A stretch of 64,000 bases of DNA from Paragordius varius (Eukaryota > Animalia > Nematomorpha): NCBI GenBank assembly GCA_964247055.1, contig OZ176050.1, positions 11,284,001-11,348,000 of the forward strand, given 5' to 3'. Positions 1 to 12,221 of this stretch are shown here, in pieces. The position numbers were made by a program, and so were the translations under genes. The notes beneath the pieces were generated by a model. That model searched no databases and had not been told where the DNA came from. It saw only the letters and a program-made list of their open reading frames with translations. Numbering within the stretch: position 1 is the stretch's first letter; each line of letters starts with the position of its first letter.

Positions 1-554
1 AAAAAAATGTTTGAAAAAGCTTTTGGTTTGCTTTTTTAATAAAAATTATTATTATCATAAATATTTGACCTAGTGGATACTAAAATGCATAGTTATAACT
101 GTAAATTTATTACATAATGGCTATAAAAGATTAAAAATACCTTAAAGTTTGTTTTTATCTTTAAAATTTTGTAAATTATCAGCCTCGTAAAGAAAAATTA
201 ATATTGATGAGATGGTAATTTTTAACAAACAAAAAACTTAAAATGGCTGTTTTGAGTGACATAAATGCAATTGTTTGAATCATAAAACTTTCCTGTATTA
301 TCTTTTTTGGACATTCATCACCATCTGACAAAGTTTGAGCTATTTTCATCCATTAGTTTTAAAAATATATTAATTAAAAAAAATGTTCTCGATTCGCGAG
401 TAAAATTTTGATATAGAGGGCGCATAATCAAAAAATCAAATTATTCAAAATTCTTACGTGGAGTTTTAATTTTTTATCAGATTTACTGTTTAAATGATAC
501 TAAATATCAGAAAATGCAAAAAACTCGAGTGGCAGAAAAATTTGTTGTCCAGTG
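1..554. mobile_element. Possible right end of a non-autonomous DNA transposon that begins before the window
   Basis: Non-coding block ending ...AAATTTGTTGTCCAGTG (554), which resembles a CAC-type terminus. The partner end is not in the window. Confidence 0.25.
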
Positions 555-871
555 TTATAATTACCAACTTAAATATGGGTAACATTTTGTTATCTGCAGG
601 CCATTTTTACCTGCGTAAATACAAATAAATTAATATTTCTCAGAAAATAAGAGTATATCCAAATTTTTATTTTCTAGTAGTCGGATAATTTATGCGTAAA
701 AAAGTATTATGTCACCAAAATATCATAATGATGATACATATGGACAAACCTATATATTTTGGTTCCTGAATAAGCAAAGTCTGTTTAAAAACTTTTTTAG
801 ATATCGAATTTGAATCTTTTTGATTAACAGAATTATTAACAATTTTACTATCTAATAATTAATATTTTTAA

Positions 872-2456
872 ATGCCTGATTCAAGCAAAATTTCATTGAA
901 AAATGTATTATACATCGACGAAGAAAATGATTACAAAATTTCCATTGCTAATCTCACTGATATTCCAGCTTTGTGTCGTATACGATTGGAATTAGGTAAA
1001 AAAACTCATCCAGACTTCTTTTATATGCTACTAAAACACTATCCAAACAGCATTTTGCCGGCCAAAACGATTAGTAACGGTACTATAATAGGTATTTGGA
1101 TTATATATATAATTTTAATAATATAATTAAATTATTTTGTTTGAATGTTCAAAAATGTGTAATTTTATGATATAGGGACTATTTTGGTCATTGATTATGA
1201 TGAAAATTTGTCATCCGGGGGTTTGCTATTTGTGGATCCGAAATATCGAAATAGAGGAGTCGCAAATGAAATGGCAAGATTAGCGATTAATAAAAATAGC
1301 AACATTTGTTTTTACGCACCGGATCCTATGGTTAACATGTATGTCAAGCTTGAATATCAGACTTTTGAAAGATGTATATTGTATTTACTGTTTATAATGT
1401 TCTTTTATTAAATTAACTTCTTTTGCGATTATGTTTATCATGATTGCATTGTTTATATAACATACTCTGAAAGAAAGAACTATCATATGAGTAATCAATT
1501 AAATCCGTGGCAGACCTTATCTAAATCTGCTAGGTTCAAAATTTTTCTGGTAAACTGATTTTTTGTAAAGTATTTCAACTGAAAAATAGAGATAAGAATA
1601 AAATAAATACATATAAATTTATGCTTGTTTTTAACTTCAAAATATAAGACGCCGCCAAATCAGATTTTTCAAGGTTATGATGGAATTTGTATTATAGAGG
1701 GTTTTAAGGGCGATCATGTTTAATATTTTATGATTAATAAGACATCTCTGTTATATAATAGTTACAATATATTTAAATGCCATTTATTAATTTCATTCTT
1801 AATATATCCTAGATACAGTTTATGAAAATGAAAATATTACAACACAATCGTTAGGCAATTTATATGATCATCTAAAAGTCAATTACTTAATCGATAATAC
1901 AATTATTTTCCCAATCATCCTTCAACAAAAGGGGAAAAAAACTTTGGAAACAAATTATCTGACCAAACTTATTGAATTTGACAGGCGTATACATATTAGT
2001 CCCAGGGAAGAATTTTTGAAAAGTATGCTATTGCATGAACAAACACATAGTGCAATTATATTTCATAAAGAAAAAACCTTATCTTTAAACAATGACATAA
2101 GATGTGTTGGTTATGGAATGCTTAGGCCAATATTCCCTAGGGGATATACGATCGGGCCTCTATATGCTGAAACAGTTGACATTGCGGCATTTATTTTGGA
2201 AAAAATTTGCAGTATACTTAAAGACATAATTTCAAACGAAACGACCTTGAGAATATCTACAATAAAGAAAAACAATAATAAACTAATTACCTATCCAGCG
2301 AATGATGAAAATGATAAATTACAACTTTTATCTAAAATGGTTGATACCATGAAATTTCAAACAGTGCTTAGTGGTTATCATGTCGCTCGCCATGAAATAT
2401 ATCTTCCAATTAATCAAATATATCTGTTATGTAGCACGGAATCAGTCATTGTTTAA
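872..2456 (+). CDS. GNAT-fold acetyltransferase, YitH/DUF1248-like two-domain family, about 389 aa
   Basis: Phase-consistent exons 872-1091, 1176-1380, 1474-1549, 1649-1673, 1813-2456 (1170 nt); the two middle exons are tentative. Acetyl-CoA-binding motif A: LFVDPKYRNRGVA. C-terminal YitH-like motifs: LIEFDRRIHISPREEFL, GYGMLRP, GYTIGPLYAETVDIAAFIL. Confidence 0.75.
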
Positions 2457-2721
2457 AATCCATGTATCTTATAACTCAGCATGTTTTATAAAATCTATTA
2501 GATAATCTATATAGAATTAATTATACATACCATTTTAGATCCTAATATAATAAATTATATAGCTTTCACCCTGTTCTAAGTCTATTACGATCATTGATAA
2601 TTAAGATATTTAAAAATATCACATTCTTTTACATATATAAATATTATATACATGATTTATTCATACTAGTATTCTAATTTCTAAACATTATTCTTATTAT
2701 TATTATTATGCGATTCATTGA

Positions 2722-4184
2722 TTATTTGGGTAAAGTAAAATTAGCCGGTATATATGGTAAAACATTTGATGAGTAGGTGGGGTAGGGCATATTTGATGTT
2801 AGCATTGTCATTTGGGACAATGGATTGCTTCCATTAGGTATGGGGGCCATAAAACTCGGATTTGTGATAAAGGCATGATGTCCAGCTCCCACATTTTGGT
2901 GGCCATTGAGAGTATTATTGACTGTATTAACATTGACAACGTTGTTATTGTTAATGTTATTGTTGGATTTTTGTGCCTTTTTTGTTTTACTGTATTCTAC
3001 GCAATGGGTTTGATGCACTTTCCAATGCTCAATTTGACACTGTTGGCCACAATACCAAACACCGACGCAGCAATAGCAGGTGGCTTCTTTCAAGCAGTTA
3101 ATACACTACAGCACGTAAATTAAATTATAAAAATATAATTAAAATGTTTAGCAATAAATTGATAACAGCGAGGCGAAAAAATTTAAAAATGTGATTCCAA
3201 GTGATTAAAAGGAAAGATTTTGAGGCAAATATTGTTAGTCTATTTAAATTAACCAAAAGTTATAGGGTACAAAAACAAAGATTGCTCTAATAAAATTGAC
3301 ACCAAATAAATATATTTTTCCAAGATAATCAATATAATAGTATAACTTGGGTTGATTATTCAACAAAAATTTTAATTTAACTTCACTGCATACTTTTTGT
3401 GTAAAAATTCGGTTATAGGCCATTAATAATTTTCTCATTTAAGATGAAAAAGTTTAAAACAAAGAAAAATAATCAATAAATCATTAAACCTCAATCATAC
3501 TTAAAACCAATATGGTTATAACTAAGCTTAATATATATAATAGTAAATATAGCTTATTAAGCAATATATATATTTCATCTAACTTACCCATTGTTTGCGT
3601 TTATTTACAATTATTTGTTCCTCCAAAAATTTAATTTTTTGATTGCATTTTAACAAAATATCATCCATTTCCAATCCATGGTTCAATTTTAATTGATTTA
3701 TGTGATATTCTAAAAACAAATATTACAGCAAAATAAAACCGTGGTTACGACGAATATCATCCAGAAAACTCCTATAAAAAATTTTGTACGTTGTAATAAT
3801 TTCTGCAAAAGCTTCATTTTTCATAGCACAAAGGTCAAATTTCATGTCTTGAGTACTTTTTTCTGTGGGGGCAGCACATATCTTAATTGCTTTGGGTTGC
3901 TTGTCCAATTTTGAACCTAAATCATTGTTTAAATTGGTCTTTTCTATGATTGGTTCTTCTCTAACAATTTGGGTATTCTCAACCCTTACTTCGTCTACAT
4001 TGGATAATGTTTTCCGACATTTTCTTCCTGGAAGTGCTTTTTCTTTATTTTTTGAATCAGGGACGCCGTTAACCTAATTAATTAATTTAAACATGAATAT
4101 CGAAAACATCTCCTAAATTAAAAGTTTTATACATTTTTTAGTATATATGATTGGCAAAACTATTTTCAAAGTTTATACAATCAT

Positions 4185-4235
<51 letters not shown>

Positions 4236-7200
4236 AATTAATTAACCAAGCAGTGACCAATTTTCTTGATAGCTAAAAACTTATATAAGACATTTAGCCA
4301 AACAAAAGTCGTTTAAATTAATTTAATTTAGAAAGCGGTCAGAATCGAATATGAAAAAATTAAATGTTTCACGAAGTATTTTTAAAATTATCATTATATT
4401 GACTATGCTATATAATTTTGGCAACAGTAATAGGAAGTAAAGATAGGTGGGAGTTCAAACAAGTAGAATTTAAATTCGACATGGCAAAGGTGTTTGGATA
4501 AAGTTGAATTTAAAAAATAAGTCTGGCAATGAGCGACAAAGCATGTATTTTTTGCACAAGGTAACAATAGTCATCATTGGCTTCGACACATTACGCCCAT
4601 TTCTTAAGTAATATATGAATGCCGTTCTAGAAAAACTGATTGACTTTTGCGGCAAACCATTCGTCAATGTATTTCTAACGTGTTCAAAATTATAGAAGGT
4701 CTGCTCAGCCAGGGTGCGTCGCATTGATGCGATATTAATCAGATGGTGCCAGGTAAGAAGATAGCGGATGCGAAAGAATTTCCCATCAAAACGATTTTAT
4801 GGTGTTTTTCACTGGTATTGCTGACAGATCATTGTCATAAAGAAAAAACTTTGCCATGCCTTTGGCCAACGTTCTTTTTTGGATTAATGCATAGTTTAAA
4901 TTAATGATGACGATAGCGTTGTGCATTAACGGTTTCACAAGGTCCTACCAAGCACTCACGGTTTTCTTGCTTAATGGATTTGCATTGGGGTTGATGGAAG
5001 CTTGGCAAAATGAAAGCCAAGATTTTTCCACTTGGATTTAAAAAATAAAGCCATTTCTACCCGTCACATTTGATGCCGAAACCATTTCTTTTCTTGACAT
5101 TAAAGCAGTATTTCGCTAATGACTTTGTATTTCGATTTGGCGTTAATTCAAATTATGTAAGGCCCTTATACTAAATTTATTGGCCTTTCCCATTGTTGGT
5201 GGACATCTATTGATTGTTTTTTCTTATACATGTAATACTTCTGCCATTCTTTGTTAAGTTTGAGCTGGGTCATCTTTTAATAATTCTTGGAGTTTGGCGT
5301 CTTCGCAATCATAAGGTCTACCAGAGCGCCCAAACTCTATCACATGAAATCATAACTTTTAGAAACCATGTTTCATATGTGTTAATCAATAGGCATGTTA
5401 TTCATGTTTCTTCTAGCAAACGATAACTTAAAGCAGAATTAATTGCGTTCCGCAAACGCTCTTTTTAAGGACAAAATGATTATTGCTTAATATAATACGA
5501 CGCTAGTTTTTGGTGAACTCAACTTGCGTGCATGTCGTTAAGTGTCAGATGAACAAAATGGGTGTATTAAATCAATCGTCTGCGTATTCTTCGCTGATGT
5601 TTTCGCTTGGTTAAACTGGTTATAATTTATGACTACACATGGTAAATTTTGTTTGCCTATTTCGTTTTTTAGTTTTTATCATTTTCAATAACATATATTT
5701 ATGAAAAACTCAATTTATTTTAATATCAAGTTATAAGGCTTCTTATACCGTATCATTTTGGTTAATAGGGTATTATAGCAAAATCAAAACAACTCAGATT
5801 ATTTTGCATAATGATTTGTGTTATTTATGCACATATCAATTAACTTTTGATCATTCATTAATCTACATATTGATGAAATAAACTGCTTTAAAAAATTTAC
5901 GGAAAAGGCGAAGGATTCGAATTCGATTATACATATTCTCCTTTCTAGCCATTCAGGTCCATCAGTAAGTCCCTCAAAATATTTTTTGAAGCATTTACCA
6001 GAAAACAATAGTTATTGTTTCTCTTAGTAGGGCGCAAATTGTGTTTGAGCCCGTTAAAACTTGCGCCTGGGTAAAATCGTTTGCAAAATAAGTCTCAATA
6101 TAAAAAATCGCAACTGCAACATTACGCAAAACATATTATTATCCAATGCTGAAATACTTTTTTAAATTACCGTCTTTGTTTAGCATTGTAAGCACAAGTT
6201 AAAAAAAGCCCTAAAACAGAAGATAAATTTCGGGAAAACGTGCATTCCAATGCACATTACCCTTTTTTATAAATGAGCAATTTCTATTTTAGCCACTTTT
6301 CTGAATTGGTTTCGTCATTCCACCTTACAAAAGTTTTTTTTAGAAAGCCTGCTGTAAATTTCGTGAAATCAGCCTAAGCAAATGAATGGATTAGACATAT
6401 GTAATACCATGAAAAAGGCTAGTTATAAAATTTCAATAAAATATTTTATCATCCCAAATAAATAATAATTGTTTAGAACTATCACAGATGCTTAAGCATG
6501 CACTTTCTATTGTAATAAATATAAATTACTTGGTTGGCAGATGATAGGTCCACTTTTTCTGTATCAACGACACCATTCTTACAGTTATCATCTAGATTAA
6601 TTTCAACTCTTTTTCGTTTATTTAATCTTTGATCAACTATGCCAAGAATTTCCAAATCATCAGACGTGTTGTTGTCTTCTATTTTTTTATTCTGTGCATC
6701 CGTTTCCGTGTTATTAGAATCACATGCTATTTCTGTTTTAATATTCTCAACATTGGATGGTGGCTTGGCAAAAACCCTAATGGCATCAGCAACATTGGCA
6801 ATATTAACCGTCATCAATGATGTACCTGATTTGGGGTTCGATTCAGAAAGAACCGTATGATTTAGAGAGGCCGGTGCGGCATTAAACGAACCAGCAGTAA
6901 CAATAGGCGGATTCGAATCTGTTGACCATAACCTATCATTCAAAAAAGTTGATTCTTTGTAGTGCACGGAAGATGGATTATGTGGTTTGACTTTACAGAC
7001 CTTTTTTTCTTTACGATGCTGATGATGAATATTTATGGTGCTAAAATTACGGTTTTCCAGGAAAAATGAATCAAATTGTGATATTTGAAGTTCCCATAAG
7101 CACACAACATTATCTCTAAAATCATTACAAACACCTATTATAGATTCATTATCGGATATTTCTTCATAAGATTTTTTAGGGGATGTGGTTGTTTTGCACG

Positions 7201-8435
7201 TTTGAGATTCATAAGGACTAATGAAACTTTCCTGATTAGAATCAATGGATTCCTGCTTAATATCTTTCATCATTTTATTTATTATATTAGAAATATTTGG
7301 TTTGCTTTGTTTTATCTCTTTAATTTTGTTGCTTAAATGCTTTAAAATTTTTTCATAATCATATTTATGAGATTCACCGTTTAAATTACTGTTGTTTAAT
7401 ATGTGTGGATTTATAGGCTCCTTAAAACTTTCAAAGGGGAATTGGCACTTATACAGAGTTTCAATGTTTGTGATGTAAACATTGAGTTCATTAATACTTT
7501 GATTATAATCGCTGACAAGATTTGTGGGGATAACTTTATTTTTGTTGGGAGAATCTAAACTCATGTAAAATAAATTTGGCCCAGGGATCCATATCCTATA
7601 AAGTATATGAATTAATTTAATCAAATAAACTTTTTATGTTTCCCAAATATACGAACGTCAAACATGGTATCATTGGATTTTTCAGCTCCATAAGCTCGTA
7701 CAATCTTTCCAGGCCAATATAGGCCATCTACATACATAATGCTCAAAAAATACCAGATTGTTTTGCCCAAACTAAAGTATGGAGTTTCGGGCATGGGGTA
7801 ACGAACCAAGAATCGTGTTGCGTTTGAGAGTTTTCAAAACATGTGGAACATATTTCAAGATCACAAACCAAATCTTTACAAATCTTTTCAATTTTTTTGA
7901 TATTGGTTATCATGTACTTTAGCTCGGAATTCATGACCGATTTGCCATGAAATATAATAAAGTTGTGATAAAAGTAACGTATATCACTGTAAAACTGTTT
8001 GGGATTTTTATACACCCTAAGTTGTATATTCTAACAAATTAAATCAAAATGTATTACTGATTCAATGTTATTTAGATTCATAGGTTTAACTATAAGGTTA
8101 TGATCGTTTGGGAAAAAATCTAAATTGCTAATTTTATATTGCATCTAATAGTTTTATATAAAATGAATGAATCATACAAAATATTCTTTAATCCTATTGA
8201 ATATTAAATAAATCATTTGATTCAATTTCTCTTGGGACAAATGGGAGTGATTTTCGATAATCTAAAGATATATAATATGAATCTATACTTTGCACTCCTG
8301 ACATATGAATGATTCATAAGGTTGCGTTTCTTTTACGCAAGTTAAATGATAGGATCGTTGACAATGTTTGCAGGAGAGTTGGTTACGGTCAACATTTTTG
8401 TGACACAACCAACAAAATGGGTCCCAATACACCAC
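2722..8435 (-). CDS. ZMYND8: ZMYND8/RACK7 (PRKCBP1)-like PHD-bromodomain-PWWP-MYND protein; start codon unresolved, at least 862 aa
   Basis: Exons 8435-8289, 8261-8178, 8144-8058, 8030-7754, 7727-7631, 7595-6530, 4073-3749, 3709-3588, 3105-2722 join in phase (2589 nt). PHD: FCWLCH...CKHCQRSYHLTC...ICQECK. Bromo: IVKPMNL...FYSDIRYFYHN. Zn linker and PWWP: CSTCF...WFVTPCPKLHTLVWAKQSDGLYWPGK...VRIFGKHKKIW. Coiled coil and MYND: RKQWCINCLKEATCYCC...WYCGQQCQIEHW..H..HC. Confidence 0.9.
4460..5560 (-). mobile_element. Degenerate Mos1-like mariner transposase in a ZMYND8 intron
   Basis: Frameshifted motifs TYETWF, GRSGRP..EDAKLQELL, WEILSHPL.SYLAPSD (YSPDL region) and TLAEQTF.NFEHVR. Many stops; TIRs not clearly resolved; bounds approximate. 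Confidence 0.8.
7728..7753 (-). other. 26-nt GT-AG intron in the ZMYND8 PWWP domain
   Basis: GTATTTTTTGAGCATTATGTATGTAG. Removal fuses two frames into LVWAKQSDGLYWPGK, colinear with vertebrate LVWAKLKGFPFWPAK. Confidence 0.9.
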
Positions 8436-9208
8436 CTATAAAATTTAAAGAAATAATTTAAACATATTTTATAATTGATTAAAATAAGTTTATAAACATT
8501 CTAAAAAAGACTTAGCTAATTTGCACAATGTTAAGAGGAGGTTGAATATCATTAACAAGTTGATAAGCCCTCTCATATCCGAATAAAGTCCCATATAAAC
8601 AAGAAAACTGGAAAGAAGAAAAAACATCAATTGGTACTTTAATATTCTAAATTTTTCATTCTCAACTATGATTAACATCTTTAGTGAAAATGACTACATC
8701 GAGAGTTTTAATTGGTTATACAAGTTTAGTAGAGAACTATTTAGGCGTGGGTTAAGAGTTTGGAGAATTTGATTTATGTAAATTAAATAGCAAAATGCAG
8801 TTGTGATGAAAATACAGTGGCGCATTGTTCCCAATGAAATAATGGTTTTGTTATGTAGGGAAAAGTTTATTTACCACAATAGGCAGAAATTTTATTCAAC
8901 AATATTGACATAAAAATTTAAAAATATTTTAAACACTGCTTTTTACTTTTTTTGTCTTAGCTTACCTTTTGAGGTAGTTTAAGAGAGCTCAATTTTATAA
9001 ATTAACTACAGTATTGAAAGTGCATTATAGTTAAAATTGAATTATTAGACATTGTTCACTATTACAGTTATGTATCCTTTATTTTATCAAGGTATAAATA
9101 TTTTTGTTAAAGAATGGAATTACTAGAGCTCTTTGGTATTAACAATATCATATTCATCAAAAAAGGGAAAGAAGAGTGGGGGGAAGGCGTCGAAAATCTT
9201 TATATATA

Positions 9209-9838
9209 CCATTTGCACTTTAAGAGTGTCCTTGGCTTTAAGTTGGTCCTTGAACAGTTCAGGTTGGTCATTGAACAGTTCAAGTTGGTCCTTAAACAAT
9301 TCAAGGATCCCTGAACAAATTAAGTTGGTCCTTAAACACTTCAAGTTGGTCCTTAAATTTATAAATTTTGATTTAACCATATTGCATTTATTTTTTTATT
9401 TATTAACCTAATTTTCTTTATTTATTATATATTTATTCATTTAAAAATAAAAATTTTTATTTAAAAACCACTTTTTTGTTTCACACTATTTTTCAATTGA
9501 ACAAATTTACTTTTTAAATGTTTTTAATAAAAAATTTTAATTAATAACCCAGAAAACTTATATTTTTTCTTTTCGTGTTAATATCTTATAAATATCCAAA
9601 ATTATTTTAAGAAATTAACAAAGATATACGGTTTCTCAAATATTAATAGTTGATATCGATTTAAAATTTATGTTAAATAATAGAAAATTGGTTAAAAACA
9701 ATAAAATAGATAGATTTATTTTTCCGATTTGATTGAAAAAAGTTAAAAACAAAACAAAAAAGCAAAGGACCTTAGGACCAACTTGAATGGTTCAAGGATC
9801 AAATGAAGTGTTCAAGGATACTCTTAAAGTGCAAATGG
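9209..9838. mobile_element. MITE family A, copy 1: TA-flanked, foldback-like, with about 21-bp subterminal repeats
   Basis: TA|CCATTTGCACTTTAAGAGTGTCCTTG ... CAAGGATACTCTTAAAGTGCAAATGG|TA. Tandem AAGTTGGTCCTTGAACAGTTC units lie inside the left arm. Confidence 0.9.
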
Positions 9839-11726
9839 TATAGTAAATTTTGTACTTGTTTAACATTAATTTTTAAATGAAAGGTTAGTTTTTAGTGTAT
9901 ATTCATAATGGCTTAATTTTTACAGTTAAAATGCTAGAGTCTGAAAAGTATGAATTCCAAAAACAGATTAAATAAACAGCTGATTTAATCAATAGTCTTA
10001 TATGCAGAGTGAAACTATCAGGTTAAAGTTGTTTCCGGATATATCAAAAATTTTCGGCCAAAAGTAAGTTGAATCTCAAAATATTTACATTTTTGTGTAG
10101 TTTTCTTGCCTGATGTATAAGCGATTAAAAAAATTTAAAAGAAAAAAATGGCGGCGAAGTTTGGGATAAAGATTAATTTACAATATTTTTTCAAAAATAT
10201 TATGCGCCTAAAAAGCAAAAATTATTTTTTCCCAATACTTAAATAATTTTAATCGAATTTATAATCGGTGTAAAAATGTAAATCGAATTTTCTTTAAATT
10301 CATTAATATATGTTAATTGTTATATAGCTGCGTGATGTAACTTACTTCAAACAGCAATTTTTAAATGAGCTTCGAAAATTTTATTTGTGGCACATGATTA
10401 TATTAAATATGAGTTATAAATAACGAAAAAACAGATTCAATGGTAAGGAAAGTAGGCAAGGTAAATTATATTATAACATAGGTTTTGGACTATCAGTATA
10501 TTGAGATACTTAATTATTTTCGAAAGATTGCTAAAAGACGTGGATCCTTACTTAGCGGCTAATCAAAAAAAAACGATAGAGAAAAGCTAAAATATTTATT
10601 CATGCTTTCATACGTTTTAAATAGTTTCAAATAGTGGCGGATTAAGTGCATAGAGCCGTACTTAATAAATAAGAAAAACCTCGAGATACGATCACTATAA
10701 GGAATATACCTTAAGCCCTTCCTAAATTCGCATCTCATGGGTCTTCATAAAATCGTCATAACTACGTTTTTTTTATATGTTAACGCATAAAGCGTGTAGC
10801 GTCTTACCCAGATGTCGATATAAAAAAGCCCGTGCCAACTAAATTTTCGGTTTTTCTAAGGGAAACGCGTGACACCATTATTGTATAAAGGCTTAACTTG
10901 GGCTAAAAATTAATTCAAAATTTAATTTAGAGACTTTTTATGGTATCATATAGGGAAGCGGAAAATATGAGAGGTGGCCGGAATATAGTTGAGGCCACAA
11001 TAAATGATCGAAAATATCCACTTTTGTATTTAAATGGGTCTAGTCTTCCAAAGCCAGTATTCTCCATTATTAAAAATATAAAGATTATAGCATCAAGCTA
11101 TGATATTTTTTTCATTAAATAGCAGTCTTTTAGATAACTTTGGCGTTGTATTTGTAAGTAGAATATTTTCTACTGTCGCTCTCGTATGTATCTTAACTCT
11201 TGGTATAGAAACAAAATTAACATCCAAGCATACCAAATATGGACACAGGTTATGCGCAAATGCGATAATAAATTAGATAACTAATTATTCCAATTCAAAG
11301 TTAAATTTTGATTCATAAATATTCTCATTATTAACTCTAGAGCTTAAATAGTACACCAAAGCCAGAAAAGCAGCAGTCTATAATGATAGTAGAGTTTGAG
11401 CTTCGTAGCTAATTAAATTCATGAATTCATTCAGATTATATAAATTGTAGACGAAAAACATAGGATAAATATGAAAATACAAATGAAATCAAATGTAAGA
11501 TTGGGACGATTAAATAAGTGGAAGAGTCATAGCATTTTGCAAAAAAGACCGCACTAAATATCAAATAGGTATCAATAAGGCGTTAAATTGGTCAGAAATT
11601 TCGATTGTTTCTAAGATATGTAAATTGATCGTGCTATTAATCATCAATTGTACTCTTTATAGATAGTACAATTACAAAAGCTATTATTGATCCGATTTTT
11701 AATTAATGAATAGGGGATGAAATTAA

Positions 11727-12221
11727 CACTTGGATACAAATTAATTTCAGTCCTTTGATTCAAATTGAGGTAGTTAGATACCCCAGGCTTGTTTAAAATA
11801 AAAATATGGAATTATTTTAAAACAATTGCAAAAGTTTTCACTTTTATAACATTATTATTCTAAAAGAGAAAAAATTTACTCAAAAATACTTTAGTTATTC
11901 AGAGTCAAAACCCAAAGGTACAAATTTTGCCTACATGACTTGTGCACAAACAAATGTAAAAATAATGAAATATATACCACTTCTTTTGTTTCTGTCATTG
12001 TTATGTGTTATTTATATAAAAATTAGCTTTAATATAAGTTATATAAACACGATATTTTGCATAAATGTTTAAAAATAAAAATGGCGCCGAAGTAAATTGA
12101 TATGAAACTTTTTTTGAAAACCAAATTTCATTTAGATATTTTGGTTTATGTATATAATTTTTATTAGGATAATCTCAGTAGTATAAAAATATCAATAGAT
12201 ACCCCAATTTGAATCGAAGTG
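11727..12221. mobile_element. piggyBac-type MITE with TTAA target duplication
   Basis: TTAA|CACTTGGATACAAATT ... AATTTGAATCGAAGTG|TTAA; 14 of 16 terminal bases match as an inverted repeat. Confidence 0.65.

Noticed and set aside
2812-3123. 103-aa plus-strand ORF
   Set aside because: Antisense shadow of the ZMYND8 MYND exon; no motif or splice support.
4021-4073. Apparent frameshift at the start of a ZMYND8 exon
   Set aside because: Recounting the A runs shows 4073-3749 is one open frame (VNGVPDSKNKEKALPGRKCRK...).
5799-6008. 69-aa minus-strand ORF in the long ZMYND8 intron
   Set aside because: Not needed, since 6530 joins 4073 in phase; no recognisable family; probably a TE relic.
9230-9360. 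Short regular repeats resembling a CRISPR array
   Set aside because: No unique spacers, no cas genes, eukaryotic context; they are subterminal transposon repeats.
9114-9411. Three overlapping ORFs with periodic L/Q/F/K or SSW patterns
   Set aside because: Translations of the 21-bp repeats of MITE A; the same applies to 49343-49534.
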